Source: Cyanobacteriota bacterium (GTDB lineage Bacteria; Cyanobacteriota; Cyanobacteriia; Thermostichales; Thermostichaceae). Taken from it: a stretch of DNA of 64,000 nucleotides. This document shows positions 48,440 to 59,333 of the stretch, piece after piece; position 1 is the first letter of the stretch, and every line of letters starts with the position of its first letter. The translations under genes were made by a program, and so were the position numbers. Where the stretch lies: positions 96,001-160,000 of the forward strand of contig JANRIL010000024.1 of NCBI GenBank assembly GCA_033764955.1, given 5' to 3'. Below the pieces are notes generated by a model, which did no database searches, was not told the origin of the DNA, and saw nothing but the letters and a program-made list of their open reading frames with translations.

Positions 48440-49606
48440 ATGGCGACTGCTTGGCAGCGTTGGCTTTCGGTAGGAATGGTGAGTGTGTGGGTGGCTGGAT
48501 CCCCCCTCTTGGGCAGAGGTGAGGAAGCCTCTTCGGTGATGGCAGCAACTCAGCCTACGCAGGGAGAAGCCCTCCTAAAAAAATATGACAGTGCCCTCCA
48601 ATCTCTACCCTCTCTTCCCAACCTGCAATACCGCCAACAGGTGAGGGTGGCTGGCACGCAAGAATTTACGGCTACCCTCGATGTGTTGGTGCGGCAAGAC
48701 CATAGTTGGCAAGCCTGGTTAGCGGAAGGGGATCGCATCCGCCTGCTCGACTCGCAGGATTTGACGGTGGTTGATCAATCAGACTTACTACAGCTTTATT
48801 CGGTCTATGTCTCGGATCCCGAAGCGTTGATCCCAGAGGTTGGCTTGCGGCTGGCTCCCAACCAGGGGCAGTATCGGGTGACGCAAGTGCAGGAAACGCT
48901 TTTAGATGGCAAGCCCGTTCAGCATTTGATCCTAGAGGGGGAAGGTCAACTGCGGGAGTTGTGGCTGGATCCCAAATCCGCTCTTCCTCATCAAGCCTTG
49001 CTCTTTCTCTCTGGAGTGTGGGGACAAGCCTATGCCCTGCTCTCCTTTGCTGCCGTTGAAAACTATTGGCTACCCCAGGCTACCCAGATCAACTTAGGTT
49101 ACGGCTTTTGGACGTTAGAGGGGCTGTCACGGCGGGTCTTTCGGGGATCCCTGACGATTCGACATGACTATCAGAATTATCAACTCTTGCCCTCTGGCAC
49201 CTCCCTGCGATTTTTGCCCTCCCAACCCCCAGTGGATCGTCCCCCCCAAGTGGCCGGGATCCCCACGGGATCGACGGTTCAAGCGGGGGATGTACAATCC
49301 CTGGGCACTGATAGTCAGGGGAATGAACAATTTACGATTGGACTCACCCAAAAAACAGGAGAGGCTATTTTGGCGGATCGGATCAACGCCTTTAACCTGA
49401 CCCGTCCTGCCCCCCGCAATGCCCTCACCCAGATTGATACCCTGGCCTCCCTCCCGCTGGGGGAAAATCGGCTTCCCATCTATCTCTTTCAATTTGATAC
49501 CGAGCGTCCCATCTCCCCAATTCAGTCCGGCAACCCCAACCGACAAGCGGATCCCAAAGAGGTTTTTGCACCGACTCCCCCCAGTATCCGCATCATTGGT
49601 AACTGA
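48440..49606 (+). CDS. hypothetical secreted protein
   Basis: 388-aa ORF with AGGAGG SD and signal-like N-terminus; beta-rich, with LWLDPKSALP reminiscent of LolA-like folds. Confidence 0.7.
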   Translation: MATAWQRWLSVGMVSVWVAGSPLLGRGEEASSVMAATQPTQGEALLKKYDSALQSLPSLPNLQYRQQVRVAGTQEFTATLDVLVRQDHSWQAWLAEGDRIRLLDSQDLTVVDQSDLLQLYSVYVSDPEALIPEVGLRLAPNQGQYRVTQVQETLLDGKPVQHLILEGEGQLRELWLDPKSALPHQALLFLSGVWGQAYALLSFAAVENYWLPQATQINLGYGFWTLEGLSRRVFRGSLTIRHDYQNYQLLPSGTSLRFLPSQPPVDRPPQVAGIPTGSTVQAGDVQSLGTDSQGNEQFTIGLTQKTGEAILADRINAFNLTRPAPRNALTQIDTLASLPLGENRLPIYLFQFDTERPISPIQSGNPNRQADPKEVFAPTPPSIRIIGN

Positions 49607-49651
49607 GTCATTGGTGATTCCGCAAGGATTTTGCTAAGATATAAGATCTTC

Positions 49652-49723
49652 GCGGGCGTAGTTCAGTGGTAGAACGTCAGCTTCCCAAGCTGAATGTCGA
49701 GAGTTCAAGTCTCTTCGCCCGCT
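49652..49723 (+). tRNA. tRNA-Gly (CCC)
   Basis: Acceptor stem GCGGGCG/CGCCCGC, D-arm GTTC-AGTGGTA-GAAC, anticodon arm TCAGC-TTCCCAA-GCTGA, T-loop TTCAAGT; CCA not encoded. Confidence 0.96.
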
Positions 49724-49843
49724 CTTTGTTAAGTGTTCAAGATGCAAAATTATTAGGCTAATCGATAGCCTAGTATTTTTCTTGCCAATCTGGTTAGCAA
49801 TCCTCCTACCATTATAGAACTACTCCCCTTAGTCAAAACCGCC

Positions 49844-50482
49844 ATGACGATAAGCTCGCTCTTTCCTCCCTCAACCATGCCTTTACCGGCAGCGGAGCGG
49901 ATTGCCAACGTCCACCGCCAAACGGGGGAAACCGATGTGCGGATCACCATCAACCTTGATGGAACCGGACAGCATCAGATCCACACCGGCATCCCTTTTT
50001 TGGATCACATGCTGGTGCAGTTAAGTTCCCACGGCTTATTTGATTTGCAGATTCAAGCTCAAGGAGATCTAGAGATTGATGATCACCATACCAACGAAGA
50101 TGTCGGTATCACGCTGGGTCAGGCAATCCATCAAGCATTAGCCGACCGACGCGGCATTCAAAGATTCGGTCATTTCTGGGCACCTCTTGATGAGGCGCTG
50201 GTGCAGGTTGTCCTGGATTTTTCGGGTCGCCCCTATCTCCACTACGAACTCCAAATTCCTACCCAACGCATTGGCACCTATGACACCCAACTGGTCAGGG
50301 AATTTTTTCAGGCGGTGGTCAACCAAGCCCAGATGACCTTACACATTCGCCAAGCCGCTGGCATCAACTCCCACCATATTGTGGAAGCTAGCTTCAAAGC
50401 CTTTGCCCGATCCCTGCGCTCAGCGGTGGAGTGGGATCCCCGTCGGCTATCCGGGATCCCTAGCTCTAAGGGAGTGCTTTAA
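49844..50482 (+). CDS. hisB: imidazoleglycerol-phosphate dehydratase
   Basis: [45 protein letters not shown]. Confidence 0.96.
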   Translation: MTISSLFPPSTMPLPAAERIANVHRQTGETDVRITINLDGTGQHQIHTGIPFLDHMLVQLSSHGLFDLQIQAQGDLEIDDHHTNEDVGITLGQAIHQALADRRGIQRFGHFWAPLDEALVQVVLDFSGRPYLHYELQIPTQRIGTYDTQLVREFFQAVVNQAQMTLHIRQAAGINSHHIVEASFKAFARSLRSAVEWDPRRLSGIPSSKGVL

Positions 50483-50648
50483 TCAGCTCGGGCTATGGGT
50501 GGGTGGCTCTATTTCCCACAACTTTTCCCGCTAGCGATGCTTTACCCGGCTCCTCGCTCCTTGCTTTCTTGGGATTAACCGAGAGGAGAAGTAGGGATCC
50601 CAGGAGGTTGAGTGCGAGAATGGGAAGAGTCTTCCGCCACGTTGCTGT

Positions 50649-51458
50649 ATGTTACCTGGAATCCAGCCATCTACCTTGACAGGCTTGCCCACTGCTTCAG
50701 AAGAGTCTCTGTCTGGAGGGATACCCAACCAACCCCTATCTGCCCCCAATGGGTTGGGATCCCCTGAACTGGAGCAGCCCACCTGTTCCCCAACGATCGG
50801 ATTTTGGCAGATGCTGCGGGAAGATGTTGACTGCGTTTTTGAGCGGGATCCGGCAGCCCGTAACCATTGGGAGGTGATCTCCACCTATCCAGGAGTTCAT
50901 GCCTTGTTTGCCCATCGGATTGCCCATCGCTGGTGGCAATGGCGTTGGTATCTGCCGGCTCGTCTGTTGAGCGCCTTGGCTCGCCATTTCACCTTGATTG
51001 AAATTCATCCGGGGGCTTGTATTGGGCGGCGCTTTTTTATTGATCATGGCTGTGGGGTGGTGATTGGTGAAACCGCTGAAATCGGCGATGATGTCACCCT
51101 CTACCACGGGGTAACGCTGGGGGGAACGTCCTGGAATCGCGGCAAACGCCACCCCACCCTAGAGAATGGCGTGATTGTCGGTACGGGAGCCAAGATTTTG
51201 GGGCCGGTTCGCATCGGTCAAGGGGCGCGGATCGGTGCTAATTCTGTTGTGATTCAAGATGTGGCGGCGGATATGACCGTTGTGGGCATTCCCGGACGGG
51301 CGGTGCTTCCCCCCGATCAACGGCGGATCCCAGCCCACGGCATTGATCTGGATCATCATCTGATGCCAGATCCAGTGGGCAAAGCCATCGAAAGTCTTCT
51401 CAATAAAATTCAAGAATTAGAAAAAGAGGTTGCTCAGCTAAAGCGTCAACAGCGTTGA
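50649..51458 (+). CDS. cysE: serine O-acetyltransferase
   Basis: RDPAAR, YPG.HA, EIHPGA.IG, FIDHG.GVVIGET, KRHPTL. Confidence 0.95.
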   Translation: MLPGIQPSTLTGLPTASEESLSGGIPNQPLSAPNGLGSPELEQPTCSPTIGFWQMLREDVDCVFERDPAARNHWEVISTYPGVHALFAHRIAHRWWQWRWYLPARLLSALARHFTLIEIHPGACIGRRFFIDHGCGVVIGETAEIGDDVTLYHGVTLGGTSWNRGKRHPTLENGVIVGTGAKILGPVRIGQGARIGANSVVIQDVAADMTVVGIPGRAVLPPDQRRIPAHGIDLDHHLMPDPVGKAIESLLNKIQELEKEVAQLKRQQR

Positions 51459-53267
51459 GGGATCCCCTAGCCAACCCTGCCGCAACTGAGCCTGCTCGGG
51501 GCTAATCTCTGGTAAGTCTTCAATTTCGTAGAGATCGGCACGGGGCAAGCCGAGAGGCAGCCAAACGGTTTTCAGTTCTTGTTGCTGAAAAATACTGAGG
51601 GAAACCGCCTGCTGGGGAGCACAATCTTTCAATCGCTCCAGCCAATGGGAAGGATTCACCTTAAAGCCATTCAGAGCCAGCAACTCATCGCCCGCCCAGA
51701 TGCCGGCTTGCTGAGCGGGGGATCCCATGTCCACATGGCTAATTTTGTTGGAGCCATCGCTAGCTAAGTGTAGCCCCAGATAGGGAAGGGGGGGATTTTG
51801 ACTATATTTTCCCACCAGCCGCAATCCAAACGGATCAAGATAGTGGTCATAATCAAGTTCTCGGGTGCCGTAAATATAGTCTGCAAAAAAATCTTGCAAA
51901 CTAGACTGCGCCACCTGCTCGAAGATCTGTTGTAATTGCTGATCCGTATATCCCTTTTCAATCCGCCCAAATTGTTGCCATAGCAGTTGAAATACCTGAT
52001 CAAAAGAACGAGATCCTTGGGAGAGATAGCGAATATGTAGATCCAAAAGGGCACAAACAATGGATCCCTTTAGATAATAAGAGACTTGGCTATTTGGGGT
52101 ATTTTCATGAGGACGATACAGCTTAATCCAAGTATCAAAGCTGGATTCAGAGAGAGACTGAATATGACGACCTGGAAGTTTTTGTAAACGAGTAATGGCT
52201 TCCGAAAATAGGCTGAGGAACTTGCTGAAAGTAATTAAGCCAGATCTCAACAGGATAAGGTTTTCATAGTAACTGGTGGCTCCTTCACAAAACCATAAGC
52301 TCTGTACATAGTTTTCCTGCTCATAGTCAAAGGTCTCAAGAGCAACAGGCCGCAACCTCTTCACATTCCAAGCATGAAAAAATTCGTGGGCAACCAGGGC
52401 AAGAAATCGTTGATAGCGATCTTGATCATGAAAATTGAGGCGAGAAAAATTTAGGGTAGTAGCATTTTTATGCTCCAACCCACCAAAGCCATCTGCTGAT
52501 AAATGGATTAAAAATAGATAATGGGAATAGGGTAAGCCATCAAATAAAGCGGCTGTGGTAGTGATGATTTTTTCTGTGTCGGCCACCGCCTGTTGAGAGT
52601 CGAGATTACCGGATCCCCACACCACCCACTGATGGGGTTTGCCCAATACCTGAAAATCAATGCGTTGATGCTGTCCTACTTCCACAGGGCTATCCACCAA
52701 TTCGTCATAGTTGGCGGCCCAAAAGGTTTCCGTTTCGTCAGAATTGGATAATTTCAACAAGCTGGTGGCAATTTGCCAGTCGGGATAGGGCGGCTGGATG
52801 GTCAGGGTATAGGGGTGATTCAAGCCGGCGGGAGTATACAAAAAGAGGGCAGCTCCATTGAAGTAGCCGTGGGTTCCCTCCAGATGATTTGTCCGCACAC
52901 TCAGTTCATACGCATAAACACGGTAACTAACCCGTAGCCACCCGCCTATTTTTTTCAACGGATCCCCAGATTCAAGAGCATCCGTCTCAATTTGCCAGGT
53001 ATGCTTGTTGATTTTTCGCCAAGGTAAGGGGCACTCTTGTCGGGGATCCCAGGCTTGAAAGTCTTGCAGATGGCGGGCATATTCCCGCACCAAATAGGAT
53101 CCCGGCGTCCAAACTGGCATCTTGAGCAGGAGGGGGGATCCCACGGCTACCTCGGTCATATCGAGGGTGACTTCAAACAGATGGTTGGTGGGTTCCGGCA
53201 TGGCTACCCGAAACTGTTGGTGAACCTTTGTCCCTTGCGATATCGCCGAGTCACGCCAAGTCAACAT
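51438..53267 (-). CDS. M61 family metallopeptidase with PDZ domain
   Basis: [54 protein letters not shown]. Confidence 0.93.
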   Translation of the reverse strand: MLTWRDSAISQGTKVHQQFRVAMPEPTNHLFEVTLDMTEVAVGSPLLLKMPVWTPGSYLVREYARHLQDFQAWDPRQECPLPWRKINKHTWQIETDALESGDPLKKIGGWLRVSYRVYAYELSVRTNHLEGTHGYFNGAALFLYTPAGLNHPYTLTIQPPYPDWQIATSLLKLSNSDETETFWAANYDELVDSPVEVGQHQRIDFQVLGKPHQWVVWGSGNLDSQQAVADTEKIITTTAALFDGLPYSHYLFLIHLSADGFGGLEHKNATTLNFSRLNFHDQDRYQRFLALVAHEFFHAWNVKRLRPVALETFDYEQENYVQSLWFCEGATSYYENLILLRSGLITFSKFLSLFSEAITRLQKLPGRHIQSLSESSFDTWIKLYRPHENTPNSQVSYYLKGSIVCALLDLHIRYLSQGSRSFDQVFQLLWQQFGRIEKGYTDQQLQQIFEQVAQSSLQDFFADYIYGTRELDYDHYLDPFGLRLVGKYSQNPPLPYLGLHLASDGSNKISHVDMGSPAQQAGIWAGDELLALNGFKVNPSHWLERLKDCAPQQAVSLSIFQQQELKTVWLPLGLPRADLYEIEDLPEISPEQAQLRQGWLGDPSTLLTL

Positions 53268-53337
53268 AGCTACAGCCTACAATACTCGCCCTATCCTAGC
53301 TGCATCCTTAAATTCCTCAGCACAAGCCAGAAAAATA

Positions 53338-53379
53338 GTAACCTGTGCTACAAAAATCTAGGGGTCTACCCTCTAGTCT
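53338..53379 (+). promoter_or_regulatory. NtcA-activated promoter of ntcA (autoregulation)
   Basis: GTA-ACCTGTGC-TAC (53338-53351), 22-nt spacer, TAGTCT -10 (53374-53379); matches GTAN8TAC-N22-TAN3T. Confidence 0.8.
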
Positions 53380-53642
53380 AGGGTCACTTAATCTCTACTT
53401 AGTCAACCTTTTGCTTTGGCTCACTACCAATTTCATGATTTAGCATCCACACTAAATACGTTGAGAGCAAAAGACTGGCTGACCCGCTGGGTCTAACGTT
53501 TACTGGGTACGTTCCTCCCTCTTCGTTTGATCTGCCATGGTTCCATTCAGCAGTCAGGGGGATCAAAGCAGGGATCCCGTTCTGAACACTTGTTTATTCT
53601 CTAGACCAACCAATCTGGGCTAAAAATCAAGGAGTAAGGGTT

Positions 53643-54311
53643 GTGGCTGTGGCTGACAAATCTTTGATCGCGGTTTTCAAACAATTGGGCGGCAATCAAT
53701 TCCCTCCGGTGATCGAAACCTTTGATCGGGGTAAAACCATCTTTTTCCCAGGGGATCCGGCGGAGCGCGTCTATTTTTTGGCCAAGGGGGCGGTCAAACT
53801 GTCACGAGTCTATGAGATGGGAGAGGAGATCACCGTTGCCCTGCTACGGGAAAACAGTATTTTTGGGGTTTTATCCTTTATTACCGGACAAAAATCAGAC
53901 CGATTTTATCATTCCGTAGCCTTCACGCCTGTTGAACTGCTCTCCCTGCCAATTGAGCAGGTGGAAAAAACCCTCAAGGAAAATGCTGAGTTATCCATGT
54001 TGCTCTTAAAAAGCCTCTCTTCAAGAATTCTACAAACCGAGATGATGATTGAAACCCTTGCCCATCGCGATATGGGATCCCGCCTCGCCAGTTTTTTGTT
54101 AATCCTCTGTCGGGATTTTGGGGTGCCCACCACCGATGGTGTGACGATTGATTTGCGCCTCTCCCACCAGGCGATTGCGGAGGCAATTGGATCCACTCGT
54201 GTCACCATCACCCGACTGCTGGGGGATCTGCGGAAAAACAAGTACATTTCCATCCACAAGAAAAAAATTACCGTCCATGACCCGATTCATCTTGGTCATC
54301 GCTTTGCCTAA
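53643..54311 (+). CDS. ntcA: global nitrogen regulator NtcA
   Basis: [49 protein letters not shown]. Confidence 0.97.
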   Translation: MAVADKSLIAVFKQLGGNQFPPVIETFDRGKTIFFPGDPAERVYFLAKGAVKLSRVYEMGEEITVALLRENSIFGVLSFITGQKSDRFYHSVAFTPVELLSLPIEQVEKTLKENAELSMLLLKSLSSRILQTEMMIETLAHRDMGSRLASFLLILCRDFGVPTTDGVTIDLRLSHQAIAEAIGSTRVTITRLLGDLRKNKYISIHKKKITVHDPIHLGHRFA

Positions 54312-54467
54312 CGAGGTCTGAGTCAAGGGAGAACTGGCGCTCTGGGTTGGGCAGTGGTCATTTGGCATTGTTGCCGTTACCCCCTACACTCAGAGCTAGT
54401 CTGTATCCTCAAAATGAGGATGTCGCTAGAGTTAGGTAGTGAATTGTGAATTACCTGTGAAATAACC

Positions 54468-55265
54468 GTGAAAGTTGTTGGTCTTTACGTCTACCCCATT
54501 AAGTCCTGTCGCGGGATCCCCCTCCAGAAAGCCACCCTGGATGGGCGGGGCATTGTTTCGGATCGCAGTCTGATGGTCGTGGACAGTAGCGGACATTTTC
54601 TGACGCAACGGCAGCACCCCCGCATGGCTCTGATTGAGGTAGAACCTCATGAGGAGTTTTTGATTTTGAAGGCTCCCGACTGTTTGAGCCTGATCGTCGA
54701 ACTGCAATTTAATGGAGATCCGCAGACAGTAGTGATCTGGCGGGATTGTTGCCAAGCCATTGATCAAGGGGATGAGGCCGCCGTTTGGCTGAGTGATTTT
54801 TTGGGGATCCCCTGTCGGTTGGTGCAGATGGCTCCTGACTTTGTGCGTGGGCTGGATCCCGTCTACACAGCGCATGGGCAGGTGGGTTTTGCCGATGGCT
54901 ATCCCTTTCTGCTGACAAACGAAGCCTCCTGGCAGGATCTAAATGAGCGGATGGCAGCGCCATTGCCTATGGATCGGTTTCGTCCAAATATAGTGGTGGC
55001 GGGGGCTGAAGCTTATGCTGAGGATAGCTGGCAACAGATTCGGGTTGGTGAAGTGATCTTTGAGGTGGTCAAACCCTCTATCCGTTGTCGCATACCCACC
55101 ACTGACCAACTAACGGGAGAACAGGGATCCGAACCCCTGCAAACCCTGGCTACCTACCGTCTTGTGCAGGGGGAGATCCACTTCGGACAAAACTTAGTTC
55201 ACCACAGCGCAGGAGAAATCCTTTTAGGGGATGATGTGGAGGTACTAGCCTACCGCCAGTCTTAA
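54468..55265 (+). CDS. MOSC domain protein (YcbX/mARC-like)
   Basis: YPIKSC.G, DR..MVVD, FADGYP, RFRPNIVV, AEDSW, RC..PT.D. Confidence 0.92.
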   Translation: MKVVGLYVYPIKSCRGIPLQKATLDGRGIVSDRSLMVVDSSGHFLTQRQHPRMALIEVEPHEEFLILKAPDCLSLIVELQFNGDPQTVVIWRDCCQAIDQGDEAAVWLSDFLGIPCRLVQMAPDFVRGLDPVYTAHGQVGFADGYPFLLTNEASWQDLNERMAAPLPMDRFRPNIVVAGAEAYAEDSWQQIRVGEVIFEVVKPSIRCRIPTTDQLTGEQGSEPLQTLATYRLVQGEIHFGQNLVHHSAGEILLGDDVEVLAYRQS

Positions 55266-55297
55266 GTAACCATTCCTTAGACAGGGGCTAGGAAATT

Positions 55298-55567
55298 TTA
55301 ATGGTTAATCATCCAAGGTCTGCCCGTGCTGGCACTTTGAACACGGGTGCTCACAGGAGCGGGTTCCGCTTGCTTTTGCACCAAACGTGGTTCGCTATCC
55401 CCTTTGGGTTTCGGAAAACGTCCCGCATTTAAAAGCATAGGAGCCGAAAAAACGCGGCGAGCGGGAGCCTGACACTCAGGGCAATCCTGTGGCAGAGTGG
55501 CCTCTGCCATCGCTCGCCAAACATCAAAAGGACCACAGGTATTACACTTAAACTCGTAGAGGGGCAT
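55298..55567 (-). CDS. fmdB: FmdB family zinc-ribbon protein
   Basis: MPLYEFKC..CG.F, CPEC...ARRVFS.P, RPWMI.H; adjacent to fmdA. Confidence 0.9.
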   Translation of the reverse strand: MPLYEFKCNTCGPFDVWRAMAEATLPQDCPECQAPARRVFSAPMLLNAGRFPKPKGDSEPRLVQKQAEPAPVSTRVQSASTGRPWMINH

Positions 55568-55867
55568 AATCGGCGACTCAGGTGTTAAGGGTTATTGATA
55601 GACTCAATTGGGCAATTTTATAATCATCAATTTGGCAACGTTGATTTGCCCATTCAAAGGGAAGGGAAAGGAATGGGGAACGAGTTAATGGTGTTCAGGC
55701 AGGGATTGTTGAAAAAGACTCCGCTTAAGTAAAGCATTAACTAATGCCCAACAAAAAACTCGGAATTCAGTCGAGCCTCTGCCTTCATCTATTCATTCCC
55801 CACAGTTTGACAAGACTATCAAACAATGCAGATAGCTTGAGAACCCAATGTTCTCAGCCAATTTGCC

Positions 55868-57064
55868 CTAAACAGGCAAAATGCTCTTATCAAAGATTTC
55901 TGTAGGCAAAGCCAGTGTACAGCAGGCGTTAGGAATATCCACAATGCCACTGAGACGTCCCTCCACAGGTGCACAACTGAGTAACAGATAAGCTTGCTCA
56001 CCCGTGAAGCCAAACTTCTTCAGATACTCAATTGCATTCAAGCAAGCCCGCCGATAAGCTACGTGGGGATCCAAATAGTATTGCTGACCCGTAAACTCAT
56101 CGACTGAAATCCCCTCAAATACGAGGTATTCAGAATAGCGAGGCTCCACAGGACCTGGCTTAAAGATAGGGTTGATCATGCCATATTTCTCCACCCCACC
56201 CTTGATGATATCCACATGCAGATCGATATAACCAGACATCTCAATGGCTCCACAAAAGGAAATTTCTCCATCCCCTTGTGAAAAGTGAATATCTCCCATC
56301 GATAGTTTGGCTCCCTCAACATAAACAGGGAAATAAATTCGGGATCCCTTGGATAGGTTTTTAATATCACAGTTACCACCATGCTCACGAGGAGGAACGG
56401 TGCGGGCTGCTTCCTGAGCCACCCGTTCAAAGTCTGCCCCAGTCAAGCTACCCAAGACAGCATTCTGCGGGTTGGGCAAGGCTGCTAAGGGAGGGATCTG
56501 CGGTTTCCAAGGCAAAGCAGCGGCATTTCCAGCATCAACTAGCGCCTTTTCCCGTTTGTTCCAAGTGGCCAACAATTCGTGAGAGGGAGCACAACCAATT
56601 AAACCAGGATGAGTAATGCCTGCGAATCGCACACCAGGGATGTGGCGAGTGGTGGTGTAAATCCCTTGAAAATCCCAGATGGCTTTGGCTGGGTTGGGAT
56701 AGTGGTCAGTTAGGAAGCCTCCCCCGTTGTCACGAGCAAAAATGCCTGTGAAACCCCACTCATCCCCTTGTAAAGCCCCGATATCCAAGAGATCAACCAC
56801 CAAAATATCACCCGGTTCTGCCCCATTCACCCAAATAGGGCCGCTCAAGACATGCACCACCGTTAGATCCACATCTCGAATATCATCGGGACTATCGTTA
56901 TCTTTGATTTGCCCATCTGTCCAATCTTTGCACTCAATCCGAAAAACTTCTCCAGGATTGACAGAAACAACCGCAGGAATATCAGGATGCCAGCGATTAT
57001 GACCGGGCATTTCCTGTTCTGACATCGGCTTAGTCAGATCCACCTTAAAAAGCACTTTCGGCAT
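55868..57064 (-). CDS. fmdA: formamidase (FmdA/AmdA family)
   Basis: HNRWHPDIP, DWT.GQI, RTVPPREHGGNCDIKNL, GD.HFSQGDGEI.FCGAIEM, VDIPNAC. Confidence 0.95.
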   Translation of the reverse strand: MPKVLFKVDLTKPMSEQEMPGHNRWHPDIPAVVSVNPGEVFRIECKDWTDGQIKDNDSPDDIRDVDLTVVHVLSGPIWVNGAEPGDILVVDLLDIGALQGDEWGFTGIFARDNGGGFLTDHYPNPAKAIWDFQGIYTTTRHIPGVRFAGITHPGLIGCAPSHELLATWNKREKALVDAGNAAALPWKPQIPPLAALPNPQNAVLGSLTGADFERVAQEAARTVPPREHGGNCDIKNLSKGSRIYFPVYVEGAKLSMGDIHFSQGDGEISFCGAIEMSGYIDLHVDIIKGGVEKYGMINPIFKPGPVEPRYSEYLVFEGISVDEFTGQQYYLDPHVAYRRACLNAIEYLKKFGFTGEQAYLLLSCAPVEGRLSGIVDIPNACCTLALPTEIFDKSILPV

Positions 57065-57329
57065 AGCTTACAGCTCCGTTGAATTTAGGAATACAAACCT
57101 ACTGGCTAGATTTGTTTTGGAATGTGAGATTGCGGGTGATGATTTGCTCTAAATCTAATGCTTGATTAGGAGGACAAATTCACACCAAACTCAACCTAAA
57201 ATAGCTCAGAAAAAATCAATCTAGGCCATGAAATGCCAGATCTTTCGGTGAGATTTTTTAGATTTATAAAAACTAGCCAGCTTTCTTACGCTATTTTTTG
57301 TTTGCCAAAATTGACCTAGCACGCGACTG

Positions 57330-57372
57330 ACTATATAGTGATGAAAAACCTGTAATTTGTATTATCAGATAC
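57330..57372 (-). promoter_or_regulatory. NtcA site and -10 box oriented toward fmdA
   Basis: GTA-TTATCAGA-TAC (57359-57372) inside the extended palindrome AATTTGTAT..ATACAAATT; minus-strand TATAGT at 57335-57330, 23 nt away. Confidence 0.72.
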
Positions 57373-57500
57373 AAATTAACCAAATCATGGAGGGTCGTTA
57401 GGTTATGCAGTTTTTTAGTGAGAATGATAACGATTATCGTTACCGAACACAAGATTGGCATGGGGTAAGCAGCGCAACGCTGGCAAAATACTCCCAAAGT

Positions 57501-57542
57501 GTAGTTTTAGACACATATTTCCCCGGACATCTGCCCTAATGT
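57501..57542 (+). promoter_or_regulatory. NtcA site and -10 box oriented toward urtA
   Basis: GTA-GTTTTAGA-CAC (57501-57514; one mismatch, flanked by T and A), exactly 22 nt, then TAATGT (57537-57542). Confidence 0.65.
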
Positions 57543-57851
57543 CACTCTATTCGCAATCAAAAATAGCCCTCGACTGACTTTGTTGGGTGTCTTTGTTCAT
57601 GAGCCTACTGTGTTTTACGTTAGTGGCGGCATCGCATCATCTAACATTAGTTTTTTGCTTCACTCTGCTAGTTTTTATCATGGATGCAAAGTCAGACCAG
57701 GAGAACCCTTTGAGAATGTGAATATGTGAACTTCCAAGCCCCATTGTTCGGAATCTGAACAAGGATAAACCAGCCTTAGGTATGGTTGCCCGTCGGAATT
57801 TTGGTTCACTTCAGCACTTGAGTCATGCAATTTTTGAGATAGGAGATTTCG

Positions 57852-59165
57852 ATGCTCGGTAAACTTAATCGTCGCCAAGTCCTGAAAGCTGGTGCGGCCA
57901 TGACCGCAGGAGCTGTGGCCGGTACACTCGGTCCCCAGATCATCATCAAGCGGGCTTTACCTGCTTATGCTCAGGGAGAAACAGTCAAAATCGGGATTTT
58001 GCACTCCCTCAGCGGCACGATGGCGATCAGTGAGGTGTCTATTAAAGATGTCTGCGTCATGGCTGCCGAAGAAATCAATGCTGCTGGCGGGGTCTTGGGT
58101 AAGCAAATTGAATATGTGATCGAAGATGGAGCTTCTGACTGGCCTACTTTTGCTGAGAAAGCTCAGAAATTGATCGAGGTCGATAAGGTTGCCAGTATTT
58201 TTGGATGTTGGACCTCCGCTAGCCGCAAAGCGGTGTTGCCCGTGTTTGAGCGGTTGGATCACATGCTTTGGTATCCTGTGCAGTACGAAGGTAATGAGTG
58301 CTCCAAAAACATCCTCTACACGCCTGCCGTGCCCAACCAGCAAACTAAACCCGCTCTCGACTACATGGTGAAAAAGTTGGGGGTGACCAAAATCTATCTG
58401 GAAGCCTCTGATTACGTTTATCCTAGAACCGCCAACCAAATTGCCAAAGCCCAAATCGAAGAGCTGAAAAAGGCGGGTGTGGATATTGAATTGGTGGGTG
58501 AAAACTATCAGCCTTTGGGTGCCCAAGACTATGCCACTGCGGTTGCCAAAATCGTGGCTTCAGGTGCTAATGGTGTGCTGAACACCATCAACGGTGACAG
58601 TAACGTTGGCTTCTTCAAGCAATACAAGGCGCAAGGTCTGACTCCTGATATTTGCCCGGTGATGTCTTCTAGTTTGTCGGAAGATGACGTGCGGGGTATT
58701 GGGGCAGAAAACGTGGTAGGTCACTACGCCGTCTGGAACTACTTCCAATCTCAAGATCGCCCTCAAAACAAGAAATTTGTGGAAGCTTTCAAGGCCAAAT
58801 ATGGAGCGGATCGGGTGACTGGGGATCCCATTGAAAAGGGCTATATTGGCGTCAATATGTGGAAACTCGCCTGCGAAAAAGCCGGAACTTTTGATATTCC
58901 CAAAGTACGGGAAGCCGTGATTGGGATCGAATTTGATGCTCCCGGTGGAAAGCATGTCATGCGGGGCAACCACCACACCCTCAAGCCAGTTTTGGTGGGC
59001 AAACACTTAGCGGATGGGCAGTTTGAGATCATCGATGATCTGGGCGTCGTGGAACCCCAAACCTGGGATCCCTTGATTGCTGGTAACAAGGTGTGTGACT
59101 GGTCGAAATATCCTGAAGGAACCATCGAAGCGACGGAAGCGGTTGCTCCCGATGCTTTCCGCTAA
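57852..59165 (+). CDS. urtA: urea/short-chain amide ABC transporter substrate-binding protein
   Basis: Tat signal LNRRQVLK; GILHSLSGTMAISE, EDGASDWPTFAEKA, GCWTSASRKAV, YPVQYEG, SDYVYPRTAN, NGDSNV.FF. Confidence 0.92.
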   Translation: MLGKLNRRQVLKAGAAMTAGAVAGTLGPQIIIKRALPAYAQGETVKIGILHSLSGTMAISEVSIKDVCVMAAEEINAAGGVLGKQIEYVIEDGASDWPTFAEKAQKLIEVDKVASIFGCWTSASRKAVLPVFERLDHMLWYPVQYEGNECSKNILYTPAVPNQQTKPALDYMVKKLGVTKIYLEASDYVYPRTANQIAKAQIEELKKAGVDIELVGENYQPLGAQDYATAVAKIVASGANGVLNTINGDSNVGFFKQYKAQGLTPDICPVMSSSLSEDDVRGIGAENVVGHYAVWNYFQSQDRPQNKKFVEAFKAKYGADRVTGDPIEKGYIGVNMWKLACEKAGTFDIPKVREAVIGIEFDAPGGKHVMRGNHHTLKPVLVGKHLADGQFEIIDDLGVVEPQTWDPLIAGNKVCDWSKYPEGTIEATEAVAPDAFR

Positions 59166-59232
59166 GGAGAAAAGACCTGAACCCTCTCAATTTCTGGTGA
59201 ATCGAGAAGATTAGCTAGCTAGGCATGGGTGG

Positions 59233-59262
59233 TAGGGGTTCTCTCACTAAGAGGGATCCCTA
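59233..59262 (+). other. imperfect stem-loop between urtA and urtB
   Basis: TAGGGGTTCTCT-CACTA-AGAGGGATCCCTA with G-U pairs and a bulge; typical position for an mRNA-stabilising hairpin after a binding-protein gene. Confidence 0.35.
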
Positions 59263-59333
59263 TCCCCTCCTAAAGCACCATATTCTCCTCATATCCTAAA
59301 GTGAATTCCCTAGTAGTGTAGGATGACTGACTT

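Noticed and set aside
45560..49723. tRNA-Gly-anchored integrative island
   Set aside because: No integrase and no duplicate of the tRNA 3' end was seen; the debris lies upstream of the tRNA, separated from it by an ordinary gene.
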